Below, piece by piece: positions 9,868 through 20,010 of a DNA stretch of 64,000 bases. This DNA comes from Acidimicrobiales bacterium (GTDB lineage: Bacteria > Actinomycetota > Acidimicrobiia > Acidimicrobiales > Aldehydirespiratoraceae), in contig JAJCXY010000126.1 in the NCBI GenBank assembly GCA_029263215.1, positions 15,114-79,113 on the forward strand. Direction: 5' to 3'. Both the position numbers and the translations under genes were made by a program. Position 1 is the stretch's first letter; each line of letters opens with the position of its first letter. Under the pieces are notes generated by a model. The model was not told the origin of the DNA. It ran no database searches and worked only from the letters and a program-made list of their open reading frames with translations.

Positions 9868-10207
9868 CTCGATTCCGGGGCTTGAGGAGATCTTCGATCC
9901 GCTGTGCAGATCGCAGCGTGGTGTCGGCCCGGAAGTGAAGGAGAGGTGCACGCCGTAGACGCGTCTGGGTTCCCACTGCGTGGCGCAGCCGGCCTGCGTG
10001 TTGGGCGAAAGCCACTTCGACCTCGGGATCGTCGTCGTCGTCGAGCGTCGTGAACCACACGATCGCCCGGCTGAGCTCACGATCGACCTCAACCGAGGTG
10101 ATCGACACCATGTCGAGCCGTTCGTCGTCGAGCTCCTCGAGCCCTTCGGCCACCACCCGGCGTATCAGCTCTCCCACCCGGGCACTCCTGTGGGTCTTGT
10201 TGGCCAT
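9845..10207 (-). CDS. rbfA: Ribosome-binding factor A
   Basis: RVGELIRR...ITSVEV...RRAPLLHF; conserved position after infB. Confidence 0.93.
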   Translation of the reverse strand: MANKTHRSARVGELIRRVVAEGLEELDDERLDMVSITSVEVDRELSRAIVWFTTLDDDDDPEVEVAFAQHAGRLRHAVGTQTRLRRAPLLHFRADTTLRSAQRIEDLLKPRNRDDDEPEA

Positions 10208-10497
10208 CAGTCCTCCTCCAGCCATAGACGGGTCGCGCCGATCACCTCGAGCTCGGGGAACGACCACACGAACCGCTCGGCTTCGTCGATGATCTCAGCT
10301 GCATGCCCCACAGCACCGGAAACGGCCGCGACCCCGATCCCGGCCCTCTGCCATGTGTCTTGATGATCGACTTCCGCGACCGCCACAGGGTGACGGTTGC
10401 GCAGACCCTCGAGAACCGGCCGCAGCATCGAACGCTTCTCTTTCAACGACTGGCAGCCCGGGAACCGAACGTCCAACTCGAGGGCCAGGACATGCAC
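10207..10497 (-). CDS. DUF503 (YlxP) family protein
   Basis: SLKEKRS...AVAEVDHQDTWQRA; lies between infB and rbfA. Confidence 0.88.
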   Translation of the reverse strand: MHVLALELDVRFPGCQSLKEKRSMLRPVLEGLRNRHPVAVAEVDHQDTWQRAGIGVAAVSGAVGHAAEIIDEAERFVWSFPELEVIGATRLWLEED

Positions 10498-10526
10498 GAT
10501 GATGGTCCTGGCGCCCCGGGGTCGGA

Positions 10527-13340
10527 TCAGCCGTCGAGGGTGCGCTCGAGTTCGCGCTCCTCGTAGGTCTCGATCATGTCGCCTTCCTTGAGGTCCTGGA
10601 AGTCGGACAGGCCGATACCGCATTCGTAGCCGGCAGCCACCTCGCGGGCGTCTTCCTTGAACCGCCTCAGCGAGCTGACCTCACCCTTCCAGATGATCGT
10701 GCCCTCACGCAGAAAGCGCACCTTCGAACCTCGCTTGATGGCGCCGTTCTGCACCAGGCAACCTGCGATTGCACCGATCCTCGGCACGCGGAAGATCTCG
10801 CGGACCTCGGCATCGCCGGTGACCACTTCCTCGAACTTCGGAGCGAGCATGCCGACCATCGCGGCCTCGATGTCCTCGAGCAGCTTGTAGATGATCTCGT
10901 AGGTGCGGATCTCGACGTCTTCCTCGTCGGCGAGTTCGCGCGCCTTGCGATCGGGGCGAACATTGAATCCGATCAAGGTGGCGTTGGAAGCTCCGGCCAG
11001 TTGGATGTCATTTTCGGTGATGCCACCGACTCCACGATGGACGAAACCGATCTTGACCTCGTCGCGTTCGAGCTTGCGCAGACTCTCGGTGACGGCTTCG
11101 AGCGAACCGTTGACGTCGGCCTTGACCACCATGTTGAGGGTGGCAGCCTCCCCGCGCTGGATCTGCTCGAAGATGTCTTCGAGCTTGGCGCCACCAGACA
11201 AGGCATGAGCCTCGCGGCCGAGGCTCGACTGACGCTGCCAATGCTCACGCGTATCAGCCACACGACTGGCGACCTTCTCAGTGGGGGCGACCACGAACTC
11301 GTCGCCGGCCCTCGCAACATCGGAAAGGCCGAGCACCTGAACCGGCGTGGACGGACCTGCTTCCTTGACGTTTTCACCCTGGTCGTTGATGAGGGCGCGA
11401 ACGCGGCCCCATGCCGCGCCGGCAACCATCGGATCGCCCACCTTGAGGGTTCCGCTCTGGACCAGCACCGTGGCCACCGGACCACGACCGATGTCGAGGT
11501 TGGCTTCGAGCACCACGCCGGCCGCCCGGCCTTCAGCGCTGCCGCGGAGGTCCTCGACTTCGGCGACGAGCAGGAGCTGATCGAGCAGGTCGTCGATGCC
11601 CACATTTTGCAGGGCGGAGATCTCCGCGAAGATCGTTTCGCCTCCCCACGCCTCGGGAACGAGGCCGTGCTCGGCCACACCGGCGATCGCCTTTTGCACA
11701 TCGGCGTTTTCGCGGTCGATTTTGTTGACCGCCACCACGATGGGCACTTCAGCCGCTTTCGCGTGGTTGATGGCCTCGATGGTCTGGGGCATCACGCCAT
11801 CGTCGGCGGCCACCATCAACACGACGATGTCGGTGGAGGTGGCGCCGCGTGAACGCATAGCGGTGAACGCCTCATGGCCCGGAGTGTCGATGAAGGTGAT
11901 GCTGTTTCCGTCGCGCTCGACCTGGTAGGCGCCGATGTGCTGGGTGATGCCACCGGCTTCGCCCTCCACGACGTTGGCGTCGCGGATTCGGTCGAGAAGT
12001 AGGGTCTTGCCGTGGTCGACGTGGCCCATCACGGTGATCACCGGTGGACGATGGGGCGCCTCGGCGCCTGACTCGGCATCGACATTGAGGAGCTTCTGGA
12101 GCTCTACTTCCTGCTCTTCACCCGGGTCGACGAGGCGGATCTCTGCCCCGACTTCAGCGGCGAACAACTCGAGCATGTCGTCGGAGAGAGACTGGGTGGC
12201 GGTGACCATCTCGCCCGCTTGCATGAGGAAGCGCACGACATCGGCAGCGGTGCGGTTGAGCTTGGGGCCGAGATCGAGGGCGGTGGAGGCCCGTTCGACC
12301 ACCACTTCTCCCTCGGGGACCGGAGCATCCTCTGGCGTGTATGAGGGCGCGTCCATCGGCTGGAGCTCTTCGCGGCTACGACGACGACGACCCTTTCGGC
12401 GCGGCGGGCGTCCGCCGGGGCCACCCCGGCCTCCGCCGGGACCACCACGACCGGGAGGCCCACCACGACCGGCAGGCGGTGCACCTGCGCCGGGCACGGA
12501 CTCACGGGGGCCACCGGGGCGGCGACCACCGGGCATGGGTCCACGAGATGGAGTGCTCGGACCACCGGAACGGCCGGGGGCCGAAGGGCGCGCGCCTCTT
12601 CCGCCCGGAGGGGGCGGGATGGCACGACCGCTGGTGGAGCGGGGAGGAGGAGGAATCGGCTTGCCCGACCCTGACGTGGGGCTGGCTCCGGCACGCTTCG
12701 CCGGATCGACCGCAACCTTCTTGACAACCTTCTTGACGACCTTCTTGACGACCTTCTTGACAGCCGGGGCAGCTGCCACAGGGGGCGGGGTCTCCTCGGC
12801 GATGGGGGCGCGCTTCGGTGGAGCCGCACTTCCACTCGAACTGATGACGCGCTTCGGCGCGCTGGAAGACTCCGCCGGCGCTTCTTCCTCTACCGGAGCC
12901 TCTACAACCGGGGGCTCTTCCACAGCAGGGGGAGCCTCGACCACTTCAGGAGCCGGCGTCTCGACCTCGGAGATGATTTCGGGCTGGGGCGGGGTGGCTT
13001 GCTCGCCAGAGGTGTCGTAGTCGGCGTCGGACTTGGTGGATTTCTTCGCCACCTTCTTGGCCGACTTCTTCGCCACCTTCTTGGCCGACTTCTTCGCCAC
13101 CTTCTTCGTCGACTTCTTGGCCGCCTTCTTGGCGGTCTTCTTGGCCGGCTCGGGCGGCTGCTCGTCGCGGGTCAGGCCCTCGCGCTCGGCCTTACGACGG
13201 ACACGATCGGCCTGGGCATCGACAATGCTCGACGAATGGCTCTTGACACCGATCCCGAGCGCGTCGGCGAGGTCGAGGGTCTCCTTGTTGGTGAGTCCCA
13301 ACTCGCGAGCGAGTTCGTAGACGCGAATATTGGATGGCAC
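10527..13340 (-). CDS. infB: Translation initiation factor IF-2
   Basis: [11 protein letters not shown]-domain, [20 protein letters not shown]. Confidence 0.98.
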   Translation of the reverse strand: MPSNIRVYELARELGLTNKETLDLADALGIGVKSHSSSIVDAQADRVRRKAEREGLTRDEQPPEPAKKTAKKAAKKSTKKVAKKSAKKVAKKSAKKVAKKSTKSDADYDTSGEQATPPQPEIISEVETPAPEVVEAPPAVEEPPVVEAPVEEEAPAESSSAPKRVISSSGSAAPPKRAPIAEETPPPVAAAPAVKKVVKKVVKKVVKKVAVDPAKRAGASPTSGSGKPIPPPPRSTSGRAIPPPPGGRGARPSAPGRSGGPSTPSRGPMPGGRRPGGPRESVPGAGAPPAGRGGPPGRGGPGGGRGGPGGRPPRRKGRRRRSREELQPMDAPSYTPEDAPVPEGEVVVERASTALDLGPKLNRTAADVVRFLMQAGEMVTATQSLSDDMLELFAAEVGAEIRLVDPGEEQEVELQKLLNVDAESGAEAPHRPPVITVMGHVDHGKTLLLDRIRDANVVEGEAGGITQHIGAYQVERDGNSITFIDTPGHEAFTAMRSRGATSTDIVVLMVAADDGVMPQTIEAINHAKAAEVPIVVAVNKIDRENADVQKAIAGVAEHGLVPEAWGGETIFAEISALQNVGIDDLLDQLLLVAEVEDLRGSAEGRAAGVVLEANLDIGRGPVATVLVQSGTLKVGDPMVAGAAWGRVRALINDQGENVKEAGPSTPVQVLGLSDVARAGDEFVVAPTEKVASRVADTREHWQRQSSLGREAHALSGGAKLEDIFEQIQRGEAATLNMVVKADVNGSLEAVTESLRKLERDEVKIGFVHRGVGGITENDIQLAGASNATLIGFNVRPDRKARELADEEDVEIRTYEIIYKLLEDIEAAMVGMLAPKFEEVVTGDAEVREIFRVPRIGAIAGCLVQNGAIKRGSKVRFLREGTIIWKGEVSSLRRFKEDAREVAAGYECGIGLSDFQDLKEGDMIETYEERELERTLDG
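12712..12761 (-). repeat. 12-bp tandem repeat in infB (KKVV repeats)
   Basis: Repeated ACCTTCTTGACR unit on the + strand. Confidence 0.85.
13032..13146 (-). repeat. 12/24-bp tandem repeat in infB (KKxA histone-like lysine repeats)
   Basis: Repeated TTCTTCGCCACCTTCTTGGCCGAC unit; protein [18 protein letters not shown]. Confidence 0.88.
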
Positions 13341-13433
13341 GTTGAGGCGTTAGCCCTTCTGGTTGAGCGACGCCGGGGCGTCAGACAACCGCTCACTACT
13401 GTCCGACGGGCGAAGATCGCACCGTCAGCGGCT

Positions 13434-13700
13434 TCAGCAGCCCCCGTGTGGACACGCGGGAGGCTCCATCGGCCACGAACAAAGAAGCCTAGCGACCGCA
13501 GAAGCGATCACCTCGACTCGAAGAGCCCGCCCGAACGCTCGGCGATCCCCCGCCAACCGCACACAAGCGATCGAGGGACCCACCCACGCCCCCCGTCCGG
13601 CTCCGGGACCGACGACGAGGTCTCCATCATCGGACCGGACCCGAACCAAATCGTTCTGCTCAAGGCCCTGTCGACATGCGATACACGTACGGATGGGCAC
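13434..13700 (-). CDS. ylxR: YlxR/RnpM (DUF448) RNA-binding protein
   Basis: PIRTCIACR...GRGAWV...C; lies between nusA and infB. Confidence 0.85.
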   Translation of the reverse strand: MPIRTCIACRQGLEQNDLVRVRSDDGDLVVGPGAGRGAWVGPSIACVRLAGDRRAFGRALRVEVIASAVARLLCSWPMEPPACPHGGC

Positions 13701-13708
13701 CTGCTCAG

Positions 13709-15007
13709 CTACTCCTCTTCGTTGCCATCTTCGCTGGTTTCGGCCTCATCGTCACTGGCTTCAGCCTCGGCATCGCCGGTCTCGGCGTCGTCCTCGGATT
13801 CATCGTCGCCGGATGGGGTGTCGGCACCTGCTTCAGGCTCGTCGGAAGCCTCGACGGCAGGCTTGGCCTCACCCTCGTGCTCGGTGGCATCCGACTCGCC
13901 GGGCTCGCCTCCCTGTTCCCATTCATCAGCGGAGATCGGATCGCTCCCGTCGGCCGGTTGCCACATCTGGGCACCCGTGTCGGGATCGACGATCCACTCA
14001 CCGTCGGCCCACTCCACATCGCCATAGGCCTGCTCCTCGGCGAATTGGGTCTCGGACTTGATGTTGATACCCCAACCCGTGAGTCGGGAGGCGAGGCGGG
14101 CATTCTGGCCCTCCTTGCCAATCGCCAGCGAGAGCTGGTAGTCGGGCACGATCACATCGCAGTCGCCGGTGAGTTCGTCGGGGCGAACCTGGGTGACCTT
14201 TGCCGGAGACAGAGCCTTGGTGACGAACTCCTCGAGATCTTCGTTGAATGGAACGATGTCGATCTTCTCACCACGAAGCTCGGTGACCACCTGACGCACA
14301 CGCGCTCCACGAGCACCGACACAGGCACCCACGGGATCGACGTTGTTGTCGTTGGACCAAACCGCGATCTTGGTGCGATGGCCTGGTTCGCGAGCACACG
14401 CCTTGATTTCGACAACACCGTCGGCGATCTCCGGTACCTCGAGCTCGAAAAGGCGCTTCACCAGACCCGGATGGGTGCGACTCACCACGATCTGGGGGCC
14501 CTTGGCGGTCTTGCGAACCTCCACGATGTAGGCCTTGATGCGGGCGTTGGAATCGGGGCGCTCAAAGGGCACCTGCTCGGCTTGGGGAAGCAGGGCCTCC
14601 ACTCGACCGAGGTCGAGCAGGGTGTAGCGGGCATCGGTCTGCTGGATCATTCCGGTGACGATGTCGCCCTCGCGACCGGCGTACTCCTCGTACTTGAGCT
14701 CGCGCTCGGCCTCACGGATGCGTTGGGTCATCACCTGGCGTGCGGTCTGGGCCGCGATTCGCCCGAAGTTGTCGGGCGTGACCTCGAAGTCGTCGCCCAC
14801 AGGCTCGCCGTCTTCATCCAGGTCCTGGGCGAATACGCGGAACTCCATCGTGTCGGGATCGATGGTGACCCACGCGTACTCGTGAGCGTCGGGCATCCGC
14901 TTGTAGGCGGACTCGAGGGCATCGGCGAGGGCCGCGAACAGGGCATCGACCGAGATGCCTCGCTCAGCAGCGAGCGCCTGCAGTGCTTCCAGCATTTCCT
15001 GGTTCAT
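13709..15007 (-). CDS. nusA: Transcription termination/antitermination factor NusA, acidic C-tail
   Basis: FGRIAAQTARQV, S1 and KH domains, AIGKEGQNARLA. Confidence 0.97.
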   Translation of the reverse strand: MNQEMLEALQALAAERGISVDALFAALADALESAYKRMPDAHEYAWVTIDPDTMEFRVFAQDLDEDGEPVGDDFEVTPDNFGRIAAQTARQVMTQRIREAERELKYEEYAGREGDIVTGMIQQTDARYTLLDLGRVEALLPQAEQVPFERPDSNARIKAYIVEVRKTAKGPQIVVSRTHPGLVKRLFELEVPEIADGVVEIKACAREPGHRTKIAVWSNDNNVDPVGACVGARGARVRQVVTELRGEKIDIVPFNEDLEEFVTKALSPAKVTQVRPDELTGDCDVIVPDYQLSLAIGKEGQNARLASRLTGWGINIKSETQFAEEQAYGDVEWADGEWIVDPDTGAQMWQPADGSDPISADEWEQGGEPGESDATEHEGEAKPAVEASDEPEAGADTPSGDDESEDDAETGDAEAEASDDEAETSEDGNEEE

Positions 15008-15513
15008 GACGGTGTGGCCTCCTTCTTGGGGCGATTCTTCGATGAGTTCTTGCCGCCCGGCTTGGGCGTGGGGCCCCACTCGAACACAGTGGTGGCTTTG
15101 GAGATCTGGTCGTAGCTGAAGCGTCGGGTGGATCCGTCGGTAGTCAGCTCGAAACCGTCGGAGTCGACCGAACCGACCGTGCCTCTGAACCGTCTGTTGC
15201 CGTCGACCTCTTCGAGGGTCTTGAGCTTCACCAACTCGCCGTCGGCGCGCTGATAGTGATCGACGGTGCGTAGCGGCCTCTCGAGGCCCGGGCTCGAGAC
15301 TTCGAGGGTGTAGCGGCCGGGAATGGGGTCCGCCTCGTCGAGGATGCGACCTGCGGCTCGACTGATTGTCCTGATGGTGGTGATGTCGACGCCACCTTCG
15401 ACGTCGATGAGGATCCGCAACAGTCCGCCGTTGAACTCGATGTCGTAGATTTCCGCGCCGGAGTCGGTCACCACAGAGCCGACGAGCTCGCGTACACGAT
15501 CGATGATCGCCAT
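15004..15513 (-). CDS. rimP: Ribosome maturation factor RimP
   Basis: YTLEVSSPGLERPL. Confidence 0.96.
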   Translation of the reverse strand: MAIIDRVRELVGSVVTDSGAEIYDIEFNGGLLRILIDVEGGVDITTIRTISRAAGRILDEADPIPGRYTLEVSSPGLERPLRTVDHYQRADGELVKLKTLEEVDGNRRFRGTVGSVDSDGFELTTDGSTRRFSYDQISKATTVFEWGPTPKPGGKNSSKNRPKKEATPS

Positions 15514-15570
15514 CTCGTCACCTCCTCATGGTGAGCTGCTGCTGTCAAGGGAACCATCCGACCCCCGAAT

Positions 15571-15600
15571 CTAGAAAGGCGTGGCCTAGGGCCACGCCTC
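15571..15600 (-). terminator. rimP-leader terminator/attenuator hairpin
   Basis: Perfect 10-bp stem AGGCGTGGCC-N3-GGCCACGCCT followed by TTCT on the minus strand, upstream of rimP-nusA-infB where such a leader hairpin is commonly found. Confidence 0.7.
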
Positions 15601-15636
15601 ATCCGTCACCGGGTTCGAACGTCAGGCGCCAGCCTA

Positions 15637-16053
15637 TCAGCTGGCCGCCTCGGTAACGGCGGCGACAAAGCGCTTGTGGACTCGAGTGAGTTCCACCTTT
15701 CTGCGTTCCTCGTCGATGTCGATTCCGGGCAGATAGGCGTTGAGCCCAACTGTGGCCACCACCCACAGCGCACCCGAGAGGAGGGCGATCACGATCCCCA
15801 GCGGAAGCAGCACCGGGAAGCGAGCGAGTGCGAGCCCGATCACCACACAGGCGATCCCTCCCCGCATCGCGGAACGCTGGTAGCGGCGGAAGTACTGCAC
15901 TCGATCGAACTCGGCCTGGGTGAGCGGCACCAGAATCGCACGCGCTTTGGGTCCGGCTTTGGTGTAGCCGTCGGCCCGATGCCCGCTCTTCGCCGACACC
16001 GGCGGGAACGATCGGCTGCGAGCCATGTCGAGGTCGGCGACGATACGGGCCAC
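15637..16053 (-). CDS. Hypothetical membrane protein (2 TM)
   Basis: Hydrophobic hairpin GIACVVIGLALA...ALWVVATVGL; co-oriented downstream of ispG. Confidence 0.7.
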   Translation of the reverse strand: MARIVADLDMARSRSFPPVSAKSGHRADGYTKAGPKARAILVPLTQAEFDRVQYFRRYQRSAMRGGIACVVIGLALARFPVLLPLGIVIALLSGALWVVATVGLNAYLPGIDIDEERRKVELTRVHKRFVAAVTEAAS

Positions 16054-16067
16054 GCAGATCTCGACCG

Positions 16068-17300
16068 TCAGTTGGCCGAGCGGCGGATCTCGGCGATGAC
16101 GGCCTCGCTGGCATTGGCGTCGTCGCCCCTCACGTCGAGGTTGCGATCGCGGTCTTCGTCGGCGGCTCGCTTGGCTGCGTCCTTGGTGGCCACCGCTCGA
16201 TCGAGGGCCGCCTCCGCGCCATGCTCGTGGATGAACTCAGCCCATTCGATCAGGGTGTCGACCATCTCGTCTTCGGGCACCACCATGACGTTTTGGCCCT
16301 TCACGAACAGGTGGCCCCGCTTGTTGCCGGCCGCGATGCCGAGGTCGGCGTCGCGCGCTTCGCCCGGACCGTTGACCACGCAACCCATCACCGCCACCTG
16401 GAGCGGGATCTTTCGTTCGCCGAAAGCCGTCATCGCATCCTGGGCGATGGTGAACACATCGACCTCGGCACGACCACAGCTGGGGCAGGCGATGAGGTCG
16501 ACGTTCTTGCGTTCTCTCAGTCCGAGAGTCTCCAGCAGCTGGCGCCCTGCCCTCGCCTCTTCCACCGGATCGGCGGTGAGCGAGTAGCGGATCGTGTCGC
16601 CGATGCCCTCGGCGAGAAGGGTGGCCATGCCGGCGGTGGCCTTGAGCGTGCCGATGGGGGGCGGGCCCGCCTCGGTGACACCGAGATGGAGGGGGTGATC
16701 GGTGACCTCGGCCAGCTGGCGATAGGCCTCAATCATCAAGGGAACACTCGATGCCTTCACCGAGATCTTGATCAGGTCGAACCCTACGTCGTCGAAGTAG
16801 GCGATCTCCTGAAGCGCCGACTCCACCATTGCCTCGGGGGTGACCTTGTCGCCGTACTTCTTGTAGAGGTCGGGGTGGAGAGATCCGCCGTTGACGCCAA
16901 TGCGGATGGGCACGTTGCGATCCTTGGCCTCGCGAGCCACCAGCTTGATGTGTTCGGGATTGCGGATGTTGCCGGGATTGAGGCGGAGGCAGTGCACTCC
17001 TGCCTCGAGCGCTTCGAGGGCTCGGCGATACTGGTGGTGGATGTCGGCCACGATCGGCACCGGAGACCGGGGCACGATCCGAGCGAGTCCCTCGGCTGCC
17101 TCCGGTTCGTTGCACGTGCAACGGACTATGTCGGCACCCGCCGCGGCGAGGGCATAGATCTGCTGGAGGGTGGCCTCGTGGTCGGCGGTCTTGGTGACGG
17201 TCATCGACTGGACCGTGATGGGCGCTCCCCCACCCACGGCCACGTCGCCCACCATCACCTGACGTGTCTCGCGACGAGGAAAACTCTGGGTGAACTCCAC
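16068..17300 (-). CDS. ispG: HMBPP synthase (4Fe-4S)
   Basis: VQSMT, LRLNPGNI, IRIGVNGGSL, CPSCGR, MGCVVNGPGE. Confidence 0.97.
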   Translation of the reverse strand: MEFTQSFPRRETRQVMVGDVAVGGGAPITVQSMTVTKTADHEATLQQIYALAAAGADIVRCTCNEPEAAEGLARIVPRSPVPIVADIHHQYRRALEALEAGVHCLRLNPGNIRNPEHIKLVAREAKDRNVPIRIGVNGGSLHPDLYKKYGDKVTPEAMVESALQEIAYFDDVGFDLIKISVKASSVPLMIEAYRQLAEVTDHPLHLGVTEAGPPPIGTLKATAGMATLLAEGIGDTIRYSLTADPVEEARAGRQLLETLGLRERKNVDLIACPSCGRAEVDVFTIAQDAMTAFGERKIPLQVAVMGCVVNGPGEARDADLGIAAGNKRGHLFVKGQNVMVVPEDEMVDTLIEWAEFIHEHGAEAALDRAVATKDAAKRAADEDRDRNLDVRGDDANASEAVIAEIRRSAN

Positions 17301-17344
17301 GAAGCGAATCTACCGGCCCGGCCCAACCGAACTGGTGCAAACGG

Positions 17345-18793
17345 TCAGCCCAGATCGATGGGATCGACGATGTCGCGGAACAGGGCAAACATGCCGATCA
17401 CCATCAGCGCCGCGAACACGGTGTAGGTGAGGGGCAACAATTTGGCATAGTCGACCTCGTGGCGGCGGCCACCGATGGAACGGACACGTTCATAGATCGC
17501 CACTGCCACATGGCCGCCATCGAGGGGCGGAAGCGGCACCAGGTTGAACACACCGACAAATATGTTGAGGGCCGCCAGGAAGAACAAGAGCCCTTCCGCA
17601 TCGAAACTCGCTCCGGCCCGCGCCGCTCCATAGATCGACAGGATTCGGTCCTCGTCGGGGTTGCGGATATCGAGCGCTCGGCTGGCCAGCTCCCGATCCT
17701 CGGCCACTCCCGTCTGCTCGGTGATATCGGGCGACACGTCGACGGTGTCGGTGAAGAAGTTCGAGAGGGTGCCGGGGGTGAAGAAACGAACCAGACCCGT
17801 GGTGGCCTGCTGGGTGAGGTCGCCGAACTCGGTGACGGCCCGTCGCGCGCCGTCGAACACGCCGAGGGTCTCACGGGCGGGCTCCTGGCTCACACCGAAG
17901 AAACCGGTGGTAGCCACCTCGCTGCCGGCGAGTGTGTTGACCACCACCCCATCGATCACACGCGGGGTCAACTCGCGAGCGGGGTCGACGATTACCGAAA
18001 GTTCCTCCCCGAGTCGATGCTCGGCGACCGCCACGAAGTCGTCCCACGAGAAAACCTCGATGCCCTCGACCGCAAGGATCCGATCGCGGGGAATGAGGCC
18101 CTCGATGCCGTCGGCCCCTTCAGGGGTGAGCCGGGCGCCGAGGATGACAGACTCGGTGAATAGGTCACCGTCACGCTCCCACACCACCTCTACGAGTTGG
18201 CCTCCACGCTCCACCACGATGTCGCCGAACTGGATGAAGTCGACTACCTCGACACCATCGAGAGAGACGATTTCGTCGCCCACTTCTAGGTCGAGAGCAG
18301 CGGCCGCGCTCGCGTCGGAGACAGACCCGATGGCCCAACTGCCATCGTCGCGACCAACTCCATAGGCGGTGACCAGGATGAATATCAAGATGATGGCCAT
18401 CATGAAGTGCATCGCCGAACCGGCAGACACGACGAGTAGGCGGCGGGGGAACGACTTCACGCGATAGGCGCGGTCCTCGTCGCCCTCCTCTACATCGTCG
18501 AGATTGTTCATCCCGATGATCCGCACATAGGCACCGGCAGGAATGCCCTTCACCCCGTATTCGGTTTCGCCCTTCCGAAACGACCAGAGCCTCGGCCCGA
18601 ATCCGATGAAGAATTCGGTGACCTTCATGCCGGTCCATTTGGCGGTGAGATAGTGGCCGAGTTCGTGCATGAAGATCATGAAGATGATCGCCACCACCAC
18701 GATCGCCCAGCTCCAACCGGCCAGCGCACCGAGAGCCACGATCGCACCGATCAGCAGGGCCAACCCGGTGAAATCGTTCTTGGTCTCGTTCAT
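17345..18793 (-). CDS. rseP: Site-2 protease (M50, RseP/Rip1 type) with two PDZ domains
   Basis: HELGH, NLVPLPPLDGGH; lies between dxr and ispG. Confidence 0.92.
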   Translation of the reverse strand: MNETKNDFTGLALLIGAIVALGALAGWSWAIVVVAIIFMIFMHELGHYLTAKWTGMKVTEFFIGFGPRLWSFRKGETEYGVKGIPAGAYVRIIGMNNLDDVEEGDEDRAYRVKSFPRRLLVVSAGSAMHFMMAIILIFILVTAYGVGRDDGSWAIGSVSDASAAAALDLEVGDEIVSLDGVEVVDFIQFGDIVVERGGQLVEVVWERDGDLFTESVILGARLTPEGADGIEGLIPRDRILAVEGIEVFSWDDFVAVAEHRLGEELSVIVDPARELTPRVIDGVVVNTLAGSEVATTGFFGVSQEPARETLGVFDGARRAVTEFGDLTQQATTGLVRFFTPGTLSNFFTDTVDVSPDITEQTGVAEDRELASRALDIRNPDEDRILSIYGAARAGASFDAEGLLFFLAALNIFVGVFNLVPLPPLDGGHVAVAIYERVRSIGGRRHEVDYAKLLPLTYTVFAALMVIGMFALFRDIVDPIDLG

Positions 18794-19968
18794 GCGTGAA
18801 CCTTCCTGGTGATCATGTCTGAAGCCACGGCGCGAGCCCGTCGATCGATGTCCAAAACCGCTTCCACATCGCTTGCCGCGGTGCCCGGCCAATCCTGCAG
18901 CACGGCCTCGAGCACAACGGAGATGTCGACCCAGCGGATCTCGCCCTTGAGAAATGCCTCGACGGCAACCTCGTTGGCAGCACTGAGCCAGGCCGGCGCA
19001 GTCTCACCGGCCCGCCCGGCCTCATAGGCAAGACCCAGGCACGGGAAGGCCTCGAGATCCGGGCGTTGGAAGTCGAGTCGGGTGAGTTCTGACCAGTCGA
19101 TCGCGCCATAGGGCACTTCCAATCGGTCGGGAAAGGCCAATGCGTAGCCGATACACAAACGCATGTCGGGCATCGACAGCTGGGCCACGGTGGCGCCGTC
19201 GGTGAACGTGACCATGGAGTGGACCACCGACTGGGGGTGAACCGCCACGTCGATATCGTCGAATCCGATCCCGAACAACTCATGAGCTTCGATCACCTCG
19301 AGGCCCTTGTTCATGAGGGTGGACGAATCGATGGTGATCTTCGGTCCCATCGACCAGGTTGGGTGGGCGAGAGCATCGTCGATACCGACGGATTCGAGAT
19401 CGTTACGGGTGCGGCCTCTGAAGGGGCCGCCGCTGGCAGTGAGCACGACCTTTTCAACCCGATCGGCCGGACCGATCTTCCCGCCGATCTCATTGGACCT
19501 CAGGCATTGGTGGATCGCGCAGTGCTCGCTGTCGACCGGGATGAGTTCGGCCCCCGGGGTCGTCCAGGCCCGTTGCACCACAGGCCCCGCCGCGATCAGC
19601 GACTCCTTGTTGGCCAGGCCGAGCCGTTTGCCGGCCTCGAGGGTGGCGAGGGTGACGGAGAGTCCGGCGAAGCCCACTACTCCGTTGATGACGGTGTCGG
19701 CGGTGAGCGCAGCGTCGGCCAGGCCGCTGGTGCCGGTGAGCACCTCGACCCCTTCGGGCACCCTCGCGGCGACTTCAGCAGCGACCGACTCATCACCCAC
19801 GGCCACCACATCGGGGCGAAACTCCTTGGCTTGGGCGACGACGGCGTCGACCGAGGAACCGACTCCCAGAGCCGACACGCGATAGCGGTCGGCCGCGCCG
19901 CGGAGAATGTCGAGGGTTTGGGTTCCGATCGAACCCGACGAGCCGAGGACGGCTACAGCGGTGGTCAC
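18790..19968 (-). CDS. dxr: 1-deoxy-D-xylulose 5-phosphate reductoisomerase
   Basis: LGSSGSIG, LANKESL, PVDSEH, TASGGPF, HPTWSMG. Confidence 0.97.
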   Translation of the reverse strand: MTTAVAVLGSSGSIGTQTLDILRGAADRYRVSALGVGSSVDAVVAQAKEFRPDVVAVGDESVAAEVAARVPEGVEVLTGTSGLADAALTADTVINGVVGFAGLSVTLATLEAGKRLGLANKESLIAAGPVVQRAWTTPGAELIPVDSEHCAIHQCLRSNEIGGKIGPADRVEKVVLTASGGPFRGRTRNDLESVGIDDALAHPTWSMGPKITIDSSTLMNKGLEVIEAHELFGIGFDDIDVAVHPQSVVHSMVTFTDGATVAQLSMPDMRLCIGYALAFPDRLEVPYGAIDWSELTRLDFQRPDLEAFPCLGLAYEAGRAGETAPAWLSAANEVAVEAFLKGEIRWVDISVVLEAVLQDWPGTAASDVEAVLDIDRRARAVASDMITRKVHA

Positions 19969-20010
19969 GACAACGACGCTAGGCGGTGAGGGGGCGACCG
20001 CCCACGCGGC

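Noticed and set aside
12712-13146. Tandem repeats as a CRISPR array
   Set aside because: They are 12/24-bp in-frame coding repeats inside infB, with no unique spacers and no cas genes.
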